NCBI GenBank assembly: GCA_015068965.1
Contig: SVJN01000001.1
Location: 1-53,538 of the forward strand
Length of the DNA: 53,538 nucleotides
DNA from: Oscillospiraceae bacterium
Lineage (GTDB): Bacteria; Bacillota; Clostridia; UBA1381
Direction of reading: 5' to 3'
A program made the translations under genes and the position numbers. The notes beneath the pieces are model-generated. The model searched no databases. It worked only from the letters and a program-made list of their open reading frames with translations, and had not been told where the DNA came from. Below are positions 18,617-27,634 of the stretch, in pieces. Each line of letters opens with the position of its first letter. The stretch's first letter is position 1.

Positions 18617-20161
18617 ATGAAAAAAGGATTCAAAAAAGCTATCATTGGTGCAGTTGCACTTTGTGTAACGGTTAGTATCGCCGGCTGCGGCAATGAAGAG
18701 AAAAAAGATTCATCCAACAAGCTTACCTATTGGATGGAGCTTGAATCAAATGCGGCAATGTCGGTAAGTGATTACGGTGAAACACCGTTTGCAAAGGAGC
18801 TTGAGAAGAGGCTGGGAATTGATATTGAATATCAGCATCCACCTCAAGGTCAGGGCGGAGAGAAATTCAATGTAATGGTGGCAATGGATGATTTGCCTGA
18901 CATTATTGAGTACCGCTGGGCAAATTATCCGGGCGGACCCGGACGGGCAATTTCTGAGGGGATTATCCGTGATATCGGAAAAGAACTTGACAAGGCCCCG
19001 AATTTTAAAAAATACCTTGAAGAGCATCCGGAAATCAGTAAGTGGGTAAAAACAGATAACGGTGAAATTTTTGCATTCCCATTTATACGGGGAGATAAAT
19101 CGCTTCAGGTATCGGCAGGAATATGTGTGCGTAAGGACTGGCTGGATGAGTTGGGTCTTGCGGTACCGGAAACAATTGATGAATGGGAAAATGTCCTTGT
19201 GGCATTTAAGGAAAAGAAAGGAGCTGCCGCACCGCTGACAATTCAACCGTATCAGTTTGCGTGGGGCACTTTCTGTGGTGCGTATGGAGTCATGCAGGGT
19301 ACATATATTGATGAAGGCAAGGTTGTATTCGGTTCTGCACAGCCGGGCTTTAAGGATTTCCTTGCAACGATGAATAAGTGGTATAATATGGGAATACTTG
19401 ACAGCAATATTGCGGCGGTTAATTCCAAGACAGTAGATGCTAATATCATAAATGGTGTTTCGGGCGCAACTGCAGGAAGCATAGGAAGTGGTATTGGCAG
19501 ATGGATGCAAGCGGCGACAGAACCGGGCTTTGAATTGGTTGCGGCACCCTATCCGACACTTAACAAGGGTGATTATCCGGAGTATGGTCAGGCACAGTCG
19601 GCAGTTCCATGGGGATTTGCGGCAATCACTACAAGTTGCGAGAATGTTGATTTGGCTTACAAGCTTCTCGATTACGGATATTCTGAGGAAGGACATATGT
19701 TATTTAACTTCGGAATTGAAGGTGAGAGCTATACTATGGTAGACGGTGAACCGATTTATACCGAGAAGATAACAAACAATCCTGATGGACTTTCTATGTC
19801 AGCAGCAATGGCTATGTATATGCAGTCCTATAACACAGGAGCATTTGTTCAGGATAAACGGTATATGGAGCAGTATGCATCGCTTCCGCAACAGAAACAG
19901 GCATGGGAAATCTGGAGCAATACAAATGCACATGAACACGTAATGCCGTATCTGTACATGGATGAGGAAGAAGCAGGTGAAATTGCAAAACTTACGAACT
20001 CTATTTCCACATACGAGTCGGAAATGATTATAAAATTTATTATGGGAATTGAGCCGATTGAAAATTATGATAAATATCTTGCAGAGCTTGAAACTCGTGG
20101 CTTGTCAAAAGTACTTGCAGCTCAGCAAAAAGCTTATGAAAGATATCTGGTAAGAGAATAA
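18617..20161 (+). CDS. Sugar ABC transporter substrate-binding lipoprotein (LplA-like, large family-1 SBP)
   Basis: 514 aa. Signal peptide with lipobox SIAGC and the typical extracellular solute-binding architecture. Confidence 0.9.
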   Translation: MKKGFKKAIIGAVALCVTVSIAGCGNEEKKDSSNKLTYWMELESNAAMSVSDYGETPFAKELEKRLGIDIEYQHPPQGQGGEKFNVMVAMDDLPDIIEYRWANYPGGPGRAISEGIIRDIGKELDKAPNFKKYLEEHPEISKWVKTDNGEIFAFPFIRGDKSLQVSAGICVRKDWLDELGLAVPETIDEWENVLVAFKEKKGAAAPLTIQPYQFAWGTFCGAYGVMQGTYIDEGKVVFGSAQPGFKDFLATMNKWYNMGILDSNIAAVNSKTVDANIINGVSGATAGSIGSGIGRWMQAATEPGFELVAAPYPTLNKGDYPEYGQAQSAVPWGFAAITTSCENVDLAYKLLDYGYSEEGHMLFNFGIEGESYTMVDGEPIYTEKITNNPDGLSMSAAMAMYMQSYNTGAFVQDKRYMEQYASLPQQKQAWEIWSNTNAHEHVMPYLYMDEEEAGEIAKLTNSISTYESEMIIKFIMGIEPIENYDKYLAELETRGLSKVLAAQQKAYERYLVRE

Positions 20162-20180
20162 AGTCAGCACGGAGGGTGCA

Positions 20181-21113
20181 ATGAATATCAAATTACAAAC
20201 AACATATAAAAGGAATTGGATAAAAACACATTTCAGGCAAAACTGGGAACTTTATCTGATGATAATTCCGATTATTGCATATTACGTTATATTCTGCTAT
20301 GTGCCGATGTACGGAACAGTTATAGCGTTTCAGAACTATAGCCCGGGTAAAGGTATTCTCGGAAGTAAGTGGGTAGGACTTAAGCATTTCATTGATTTTT
20401 TGTCCTCTCCTGATATTGGCAGACTTCTTAGAAATACGGTGACAATCAGTATTAACACCCTTATTTTTGGATTTACCACGCCGATCATATTAGCGCTTAT
20501 GATGAACGAACTCAGACAGGCGAAGTTCAAAAGAGTTGTACAAACGGTATCATATATGCCGCATTTCATATCAGTTGTGGTAATTTGCGGTATGATAAAG
20601 GATTTTGTATCATCAGATGGCTTTATCTCGACTTTTTTAGCACCACTAATCGGTGAGAATGTGGATATGCTGACGCGTGAAAAGATGTTTGTTCCGATAT
20701 ATGTAACATCTGGAATATGGCAAACCCTGGGTTGGGATTCTATTATATATATGGCGGCACTTTCCGGTATCGATATGCAGTTGTATGAGGCGGCAAAGAT
20801 AGATGGTGCAGGAAAATGGAATCAGATGCGTTATGTTACGATACCGGGTATTATGCCAACGATTATTATTATGCTGATATTAAAAATCGGTTCGATGTTA
20901 TCGGTCGGATATGAGAAGATAATCCTTCTTTACAATCCGCTTATTTACAATACGAGTGATGTCATATCAACCTATGTTTACCGTCTCGGATTTGAGAGTC
21001 AGGAATGGAGTTATACCTCTGCAGTAGGGCTATTTAACTCAATTATAAACTTTATTCTGCTTGTCAGCGCAAATACAATCAGCAGAAAATTTAATGATAC
21101 GAGCTTATGGTAA
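20181..21113 (+). CDS. Sugar ABC transporter permease (LplB-like)
   Basis: 310 aa and polytopic. EAA loop EAAKIDGAGKWNQMRYVTIPG. Confidence 0.92.
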   Translation: MNIKLQTTYKRNWIKTHFRQNWELYLMIIPIIAYYVIFCYVPMYGTVIAFQNYSPGKGILGSKWVGLKHFIDFLSSPDIGRLLRNTVTISINTLIFGFTTPIILALMMNELRQAKFKRVVQTVSYMPHFISVVVICGMIKDFVSSDGFISTFLAPLIGENVDMLTREKMFVPIYVTSGIWQTLGWDSIIYMAALSGIDMQLYEAAKIDGAGKWNQMRYVTIPGIMPTIIIMLILKIGSMLSVGYEKIILLYNPLIYNTSDVISTYVYRLGFESQEWSYTSAVGLFNSIINFILLVSANTISRKFNDTSLW

Positions 21114-21143
21114 TACATAAATGTGCGAAAGGATATTCAGGCA

Positions 21144-22028
21144 ATGAACAAAATTAAAAAAAGTATCGGAGAACGCATTTTCGAGGTGTTTAATATCGTG
21201 TTCATGTGTTGTTTGTGTATTGCGATGCTCTACCCTATGATACATGTGCTGTGTGCATCATTCAGTTCTCCGCAGTTTATGAGCGGACATAAGGGAATAC
21301 TTTTATGGCCGAAGGATTTTACCGTCAATGCGTATAAACTTATGGCAAGAAATCCGATGATATTAAAGGGTTACATCAATACTTTAATCATATTGGTGTT
21401 TGGTGTTACACTTAATATTATATTAACCTCATTCGGAGCTTATGTTTTATCAAGAAAGAGCTTCATAATGAGAAGTAAAATCATGATGATGATAGTCTTT
21501 ACCATGTACTTTTCCGGCGGAATCATTCCGTTTTATTTTACGGTAAGAACATTGGGTATGGAAAACAGCCTGCTTGCGCTGATATTGCCATCAGCAATCA
21601 GTACATACAATCTGATAATTATGCGTACATCATTTCTGTCGATTCCGGATAGTCTTGAAGAATCGGCAAGGCTTGACGGTGCAGGGCATTTTGTGATTCT
21701 GTTCAGGATTGTAATTCCATTATCAAAGGCTGTGATTGCGGTTATGATTTTATACTATGCTGTAGGACATTGGAATTCCTGGTTTAACGCAATGCTCTTT
21801 TTGTCCGACAGAAAAAAATTCCCGTTACAATTGATTCTGCGTGAGATACTCATACAAAATGACACAAGTATGATGGTTCAGAATGTTGGAATCGGGGAGC
21901 AGGGACTGATTGGTGAAACAATAAAATATGCGGTCATTATCGTTTCTACGGTTCCGATTTTGTGCATTTACCCCTTTATTCAGAAATATTTTGAAAAGGG
22001 TGTTATGATAGGTGCAGTAAAAGGTTAA
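21144..22028 (+). CDS. Sugar ABC transporter permease (LplC-like)
   Basis: EAA loop ESARLDGAGHFVILFRIVIP. The ATG at 21144 (MNKIKKS) is preferred over the GTG at 21123. Confidence 0.92.
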   Translation: MNKIKKSIGERIFEVFNIVFMCCLCIAMLYPMIHVLCASFSSPQFMSGHKGILLWPKDFTVNAYKLMARNPMILKGYINTLIILVFGVTLNIILTSFGAYVLSRKSFIMRSKIMMMIVFTMYFSGGIIPFYFTVRTLGMENSLLALILPSAISTYNLIIMRTSFLSIPDSLEESARLDGAGHFVILFRIVIPLSKAVIAVMILYYAVGHWNSWFNAMLFLSDRKKFPLQLILREILIQNDTSMMVQNVGIGEQGLIGETIKYAVIIVSTVPILCIYPFIQKYFEKGVMIGAVKG

Positions 22029-22053
22029 GAAGAAAAGAAAGGAAAGATTTGAA

Positions 22054-23805
22054 ATGAAAAAAATAATTACAGTTATGTTAACTGCTTCCATGCTGTTGAG
22101 CAGTATGACTACATTTGCGGCAGTAAAAGACGCTCCCGCTTTGACAGAAGGTTTTGAAATTTCTTTGGATGCGTATAATCTCAGAAATGACGGAACAACC
22201 TCAGCAAATGTTATTATCACAAAGGACGGCGTACCCTATGAAGGTGAAGTAACTGTTTCGGTAGATGGTAATGCAGTATCCGGAAAAAATGTTTCCTCCA
22301 CAACAGAAGGTATCCATATGGTAACCGCAGAAGTGGAAGGAGAAACACTTACAACCTATTTTTCCTATACACATAAATATGGTGCTTGTGCGGTAAAGGA
22401 TACCGTTCCGGTATTCTTTGAGGATTTTCAGGATGATACCTATGAGAGCGAAGGTGCAGCAGCTTTGCTTCAGGGTGTTGGCGGATTCACAGGTTCTGCA
22501 AATACACAAAGTTTTAAGGCAACCGATGGTGCACAAGGAAACCGTCCGAATAACACAGCGCTTCAGTTCCACACAAAAGCCGGCGAATCGTTCCAGACAG
22601 AAGCATTCGGACCTGAACTTGCAGATTATCAGGTAGAATACTTCTTCAGAGGTCAGAGCTATAGCGGAAGCGCACAAACTGCAATCGGTATCAATCTCGG
22701 TTTGAGATATAACCCGACCGATACCTTGCCGTATAACGCATACAGAATTATTTATGCACCGTTTGGTAAGAGAAACGGAAACTCTTCTATTGCAACCTCT
22801 GGTGCATCCCGAATCTATGATGTACTTGCAATCGGAAGAACCGGTAAAAACGGACTCAAAAATGGTGTTCCGGGCTATATGCTCTCCGGTATCCAGACAT
22901 CAACTTCCAATGCAGGTCAGTCGTACACATCTGATGCAAGCGGAAGAACAATCACACTTAACTCAAATCAATCATTTACAGAGAATAAATTTTATAAAAT
23001 GACCGCATATGCATTCAGCAATACCGTTGCTGCCAACACCTACGATCCGACAACCGGCAAGACTTTGAGAAAAGTAAGTGTGGATACTTCGAATGATTAT
23101 AACATTCAAGTGGGAGACGGAGCAAACAAAACCACAATTTCCAAGGGAAAAACCATTTTGGCAGCACAGGAATATATATTCCGTGTTGATGATCTGGCAA
23201 TCTATAAGCTTTACAACTGTAAAAATATGTACGAAGAAGTTGCAGATACTGCAAAAGTAGGCGAACCGCTTGCAATTCTTTCCAATATGAATGGTGTTGA
23301 TAACAATGCCGTTCCGCAGGCAGTTGTAAACTACAAGGTTTCTGCCAAAAATATGAATATTTACACAGAAGGACTTGATTTTACCGTTGACAAAGAAAAT
23401 TCCACAGTTACCTTCACAGACGGCGGAACAAAGATTATTCCAATGGAATATGTTGGTGCAAATGGATTGAAAAAAGGTGTTGTAGCAGTTGTATCTGTTG
23501 AGGACGAGTTGAAATATGATGTAGAAGAGCCGGTTATCAAGATTGAAAACGGTGTAGCAAAGGCTGAGGTCAAAATTGCAAACACAACCTATATCGACCG
23601 CAGTGCAGTCTTGTATTTAGCATCCTATTCGGTTGAAACCAATACCCTTACCGGAATCAGCGTGTCAGATACTGTGAATTTCGCACCCGGAACCGGAGAT
23701 ACCTTGAAGGCGGAATTTACTTTGCCTGCTGAATACGGTGAAGGCTGTATGTTAAAGGCATTTGTATGGGAGGATATGGAGCCGCTTTCACAAAGTTCTT
23801 TGTGA
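22054..23805 (+). CDS. Secreted multidomain protein (Ig-like domains plus a LamG/DUF1080-like jelly-roll); may be the N-terminal part of a split or readthrough gene
   Basis: 583 aa. Signal peptide MKKIITVMLTASMLLSSMTTFAAV. The jelly-roll domain is bracketed by VFFEDFQDD ... VDDLAIYKL. It ends at TGA 23803-23805, in the same frame as the next ORF. Confidence 0.7.
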   Translation: MKKIITVMLTASMLLSSMTTFAAVKDAPALTEGFEISLDAYNLRNDGTTSANVIITKDGVPYEGEVTVSVDGNAVSGKNVSSTTEGIHMVTAEVEGETLTTYFSYTHKYGACAVKDTVPVFFEDFQDDTYESEGAAALLQGVGGFTGSANTQSFKATDGAQGNRPNNTALQFHTKAGESFQTEAFGPELADYQVEYFFRGQSYSGSAQTAIGINLGLRYNPTDTLPYNAYRIIYAPFGKRNGNSSIATSGASRIYDVLAIGRTGKNGLKNGVPGYMLSGIQTSTSNAGQSYTSDASGRTITLNSNQSFTENKFYKMTAYAFSNTVAANTYDPTTGKTLRKVSVDTSNDYNIQVGDGANKTTISKGKTILAAQEYIFRVDDLAIYKLYNCKNMYEEVADTAKVGEPLAILSNMNGVDNNAVPQAVVNYKVSAKNMNIYTEGLDFTVDKENSTVTFTDGGTKIIPMEYVGANGLKKGVVAVVSVEDELKYDVEEPVIKIENGVAKAEVKIANTTYIDRSAVLYLASYSVETNTLTGISVSDTVNFAPGTGDTLKAEFTLPAEYGEGCMLKAFVWEDMEPLSQSSL

Positions 23806-23964
23806 AAGGAACCGGTAAAAGAATATATCATTTCTGAACGAACCATTATAGACGAGGAATTTGAGGACGGCGTACCTGCTGTCCTCAAATCTGATGCTGT
23901 TTCTGCCGGAGATTCTACGATAGAGCTTGCAGGCAATGCCAATATTGTTTCGACAGGAAAAATA
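23806..23964 (+). other. 53 stop-free sense codons bridging the TGA at 23803 and the TTG start called at 23965
   Basis: The translation is KEPVKEYIISERTIIDEEFEDGVPAVLKSDAVSAGDSTIELAGNANIVSTGKI. It contains the EEFEDG motif that opens the LamG-like domains of the neighbouring paralogs, and it aligns with the N-terminal strands of the first domain of the 27635 paralog. No in-frame ATG, GTG or TTG occurs before 23965. Confidence 0.6.
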
Positions 23965-26900
23965 TTGGCAGATGCTGATAACTATTCTGCTGAAATACGA
24001 CTTCGGCAAAATAACTGCTCAGCGGCAAACAACGGTGTGGTGGCAGTTTCGGTCGGGATTGATGAGGAAGACAGTATTTATGAGCGGTTTATCTATGCCG
24101 ATGTTTCCAATGGTGTTCGTGACCGGTTGATGATTGGCTATTCAGACCGGAATGATAATTCGGCATACTGGAAGATTCAGAATATATCCGAAGAAATCGG
24201 ATTACTGGATAAAGCTTCGCGCTCTACGGAGTATTTTACCCTAAAGGCTGAAAAGATAGAGGATAAATTGATGCTTTCAGCAGGGGATACAAGTATATCT
24301 GCTGTATCGGAAGTGGGATACATTGATTCGGGAAAAGGGATGAATCAGTTGAAAGTGACCGCCCATTCCTCTGATATCAGTATCGACCGTATGACAGTAA
24401 AGGCATTACAGAGAGTGACCGGAATTTCTTTGGAAACAGATACGACTCCCGAGGTTGGAGAAGTGTGCAACATTTCCCTGTTTGGACATCAATATGGAAG
24501 AAAAACTAAAATTTACCCTACTGAGTATCAATTGACATATGACAATTCGGATGTTAGAATAGAAGGTGACTGTATCACGTTTTTAAAAAGCGGAAGGACA
24601 GTGATTGAAGCGACCGTAACAAGCAGGTCGGGAGAGATTCTGACAGACGAAATCGTGCTTGATATCAAAGAGAGTTCTTTTGTAGAGATAGAAGCGCCGG
24701 AAGCGGTACTGTTAAAAAGTACAAACAGCTACCGGGTAGTAAATGCTGATGGAAATCCCATAAAATGTGATATATCCTGTGATACATTGGAATTTTTTAA
24801 TGACACATTCTATGCAGAAAAAGCTGGGAATCACACGGTACATATTTCTTATTGCGGAAAAATATTCAGTCAAAGTATTTATGTGAGTGATTACGAAGAA
24901 ATCAGATTTTCCTTGCCTGAAAAGGTAAAAAGGAATGAGAAGGCGCAGTTTACCTTAGAAGGAAGAAAGGGAAGCTTGTGGGAGGAAATATCCTATACTG
25001 ATATGCTCTTTGATAAAAACCGTGCGACGGTATCAGGGAACAGTTTTGAACTGAAATGGTATGGTGATACTGAATTTACCGCAATTTGTGATGGTATCCG
25101 GACGACGGGCAATGTGTATGCTGAAGAAGAGTCTGTCGGGGAAATCTTTTTTGAGGATTTTGAAAAGGAACCGGTATATGACGGCTTTGTGTACGATTTA
25201 TCTGCAAAGAGAAATTATGGTGGCAGTACCATGTTGATGCTTGATTGCAACAGAACCGAACCGGTATATACGAATGCTCTTTTTAGAATCAGCGGGAAAT
25301 TTTGTGTTGATGAGACCGAAAAAGACAGCAATATGTCCTTTTTCGGAATCAAACTGTATCATCAGAAACATCCGGTTGTTTGCAGTGTCGGTGACTATAT
25401 GAGAATCGGCGGTGTTTCAGGGGAAGAGAAACCCGATATCTTCGACGGAAAAATACACAACTTTTCAGTGGTTGTTTTAGACCGAGGAATTGAGTTTTCA
25501 GTTGACGGAATCACACGCACAAGCTACGCGGATTTCGGAGTTTGTGATGGTTTTTCTATTTCTGCCAGTGGTCTGCGTGCATACATTGATGATATCAGAT
25601 ATGAAAAGCTGACGATGCCCGGTGGAACACCTGATAAAATAGAAGCGGTCAATGCAAAAATTGTATTGAACCGTTATGAAAGCTATTCTTTGGAGGAAAT
25701 CAACGGAATACGGGCTGTGTACGGTGATTCTTACCGTTTTCTTTCTGAATATAACACCCTTTCAAGAAGTGTGATAAGAGGTGTGCAATATGCAAAGATT
25801 CAGAACGGAATCATCAGTTTTGATAAAAATACGCCCGAAAATACATTGGTAAGGATTCAGGCACAGTACAAAAATTTTAGTTGTACTTATGATATTATCC
25901 TGACGTCGGGCGGAATGACAAATAGCGAATATTTAAAAAGCACCGTGCAAAAAAGACGCAAAGATTTTGTAATGCGTTTGCTGGGAGATGCCCAAAAAGG
26001 TGTTTCGTTAAAAGTGGATTCCGGTGAACTTTTGCCGATATACATTGGAATGATTTCAGAGCCTTATGCACGAGATTATACGGATGATATCCGGTGGCAC
26101 TTAAGAATGACGGACTATAGCGAAAAAATATTGGGAAGTGCTGAGGGTGCAGGCGATTTCGGGTTGCTTCAGGCAATTCGTTGTTATCATCAGTTAAAGG
26201 GAAAGATTAAGGCAGCCCCGGATGTGTTTGATGAAATTCTCCGATATCTTGACGGATTCACCTATCCGGAGGAAAGTGCGGCTCTTAGTGAAAACCACCG
26301 TCTTACCTATTATATATGTGAGCAATTGGGAAGCGAATTGACCGGAAGAGTACCGGCAAAAGAAAAGCTTAAGCAGTTCTTCCGGGAAAAGCTTGATAAC
26401 GGTTTTATGGAAGAAGCATCGCCGCATTATACTGTTGTTGATTTGTATGCATTGGAAACGCTGTATCTGTTTACAACGGATGCAGAACTGAAAAAGCTTT
26501 CCTACGATATGGTAACCCTGCTTTATGCAAAGCAGTTAATCAACAGTATTGATTCATCGGTTGCAGGTGCGGTCATGCGGGAATATCCGGCATTCGGGAA
26601 GACCATGACCTATCTGCCGGGTACATTGATGTTTGGAGAAGGATACAGAATTGACGAGAGCTATCCCATCCGGAATATACAATTATCGGGAATTTTATTC
26701 TCTGATTATATAGCTCCCGATATTTTGTTTGAGATTGCCTCGCAAAGAGAATATCCGTATGCATACAAAACAGCAAGCCGGATCTATAGCTTTCCGTTTG
26801 ATGCATCCATCACTCAGAAAGTGACAAGGTACAGCTATTTAACAGAGCGGTATGCTATGGGCTCGGTGCTGCATACCGACAATATCGACACCTATAAAAA

Positions 26901-27633
26901 GGAGAGCGGTTCTTATGCTCCGATTATAGCTGGGCATCAGGAGATTCCGTGGTCTCTGGGAATAAAAGGAAATCCGGAGTGTCTGATTCTGGATTCACAC
27001 CCCGGAAATACCGAACAGCACAGATTTTTTTCAGGGGATATTGATTGCTTGTGTTATGAATATATGCAGGATGAGAATGTGTCAATCGGAATGCACAAAA
27101 TTGAAAAAAGTGATAAGCTTTCCTATATTCATATGCTGATACCAAAAAAACAATATCGTATGTGTCTGGAGGAAAATGGCTGGATATTCCTGGAAAAAAA
27201 CGGTGTTTATATCGCGATAAAAATGCTTGCGGATGGAAATGTTGCAGATTCTGCGGCATACACCTGGGGAAGCGGTAGTTATGACGGACAAAATCTCGGA
27301 GAGATTGAGGCTATAATCAATTCAAGGGATACAGCTTTTGTATGTGAGGTCAGCGATGACAGTCAATATGAATCGCTTGAAGAATTCAAACAGAACATTC
27401 TGCAAAATACAAAAATTGACTATACAATCAGTTCGGGTAACTATGAACTCAGCTATCAGACAACTGATGGAAGAAAATTAAAAATAGATCAAATCACCGG
27501 GAAAAAGTACATAAACGATATGGAACAGAGCTATGAGAACCATCCGGTGATTGAAAGTCCGTATCTTGAATGCAGGAATGGTACGGCAAAAATTATCTAC
27601 GGAACAGATTTTTATGAAATGAAGGTGGAGTGA
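23965..27633 (+). CDS. Large multidomain putative polysaccharide lyase (LamG-like and Ig-like domains plus a heparinase-II/III-like C-terminal module); the N-terminus as called is truncated
   Basis: 1222 aa from a TTG start with no signal peptide. The C-terminal ~570 aa are paralogous to the same region of the 27635 gene (SPHYTVVDLYALETLY, QEIPWSLG, HPGN..FFSGDIDCLCYEYMQDENVSIGMHKI, GWIFLEKNGVYIAIK). The lyase assignment comes from resemblance to the heparinase II/III / alginate-lyase architecture and from GH105 co-localisation. Confidence 0.55.
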   Translation: MADADNYSAEIRLRQNNCSAANNGVVAVSVGIDEEDSIYERFIYADVSNGVRDRLMIGYSDRNDNSAYWKIQNISEEIGLLDKASRSTEYFTLKAEKIEDKLMLSAGDTSISAVSEVGYIDSGKGMNQLKVTAHSSDISIDRMTVKALQRVTGISLETDTTPEVGEVCNISLFGHQYGRKTKIYPTEYQLTYDNSDVRIEGDCITFLKSGRTVIEATVTSRSGEILTDEIVLDIKESSFVEIEAPEAVLLKSTNSYRVVNADGNPIKCDISCDTLEFFNDTFYAEKAGNHTVHISYCGKIFSQSIYVSDYEEIRFSLPEKVKRNEKAQFTLEGRKGSLWEEISYTDMLFDKNRATVSGNSFELKWYGDTEFTAICDGIRTTGNVYAEEESVGEIFFEDFEKEPVYDGFVYDLSAKRNYGGSTMLMLDCNRTEPVYTNALFRISGKFCVDETEKDSNMSFFGIKLYHQKHPVVCSVGDYMRIGGVSGEEKPDIFDGKIHNFSVVVLDRGIEFSVDGITRTSYADFGVCDGFSISASGLRAYIDDIRYEKLTMPGGTPDKIEAVNAKIVLNRYESYSLEEINGIRAVYGDSYRFLSEYNTLSRSVIRGVQYAKIQNGIISFDKNTPENTLVRIQAQYKNFSCTYDIILTSGGMTNSEYLKSTVQKRRKDFVMRLLGDAQKGVSLKVDSGELLPIYIGMISEPYARDYTDDIRWHLRMTDYSEKILGSAEGAGDFGLLQAIRCYHQLKGKIKAAPDVFDEILRYLDGFTYPEESAALSENHRLTYYICEQLGSELTGRVPAKEKLKQFFREKLDNGFMEEASPHYTVVDLYALETLYLFTTDAELKKLSYDMVTLLYAKQLINSIDSSVAGAVMREYPAFGKTMTYLPGTLMFGEGYRIDESYPIRNIQLSGILFSDYIAPDILFEIASQREYPYAYKTASRIYSFPFDASITQKVTRYSYLTERYAMGSVLHTDNIDTYKKESGSYAPIIAGHQEIPWSLGIKGNPECLILDSHPGNTEQHRFFSGDIDCLCYEYMQDENVSIGMHKIEKSDKLSYIHMLIPKKQYRMCLEENGWIFLEKNGVYIAIKMLADGNVADSAAYTWGSGSYDGQNLGEIEAIINSRDTAFVCEVSDDSQYESLEEFKQNILQNTKIDYTISSGNYELSYQTTDGRKLKIDQITGKKYINDMEQSYENHPVIESPYLECRNGTAKIIYGTDFYEMKVE

Positions 27634-27634
27634 C

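Noticed and set aside
18746-19696. 316-aa minus-strand ORF inside the first SBP gene
   Set aside because: It is antisense to a CDS with a clear lipobox and SBP features. Its translation is Cys/Arg/Ile-rich and low in complexity, with no RBS or recognisable motif, so it is a typical shadow ORF.
23803-23805. Genome-wide TGA reassignment (code 4/25) or selenocysteine as the explanation for the in-frame TGA
   Set aside because: Several well-supported genes in the window, including lepA and the GH-like gene at 7551-9146, terminate cleanly at TGA at their expected C-termini. I found no convincing SECIS-like hairpin in the ~50 nt after the TGA, and the position lies in an interdomain linker, not a redox motif.
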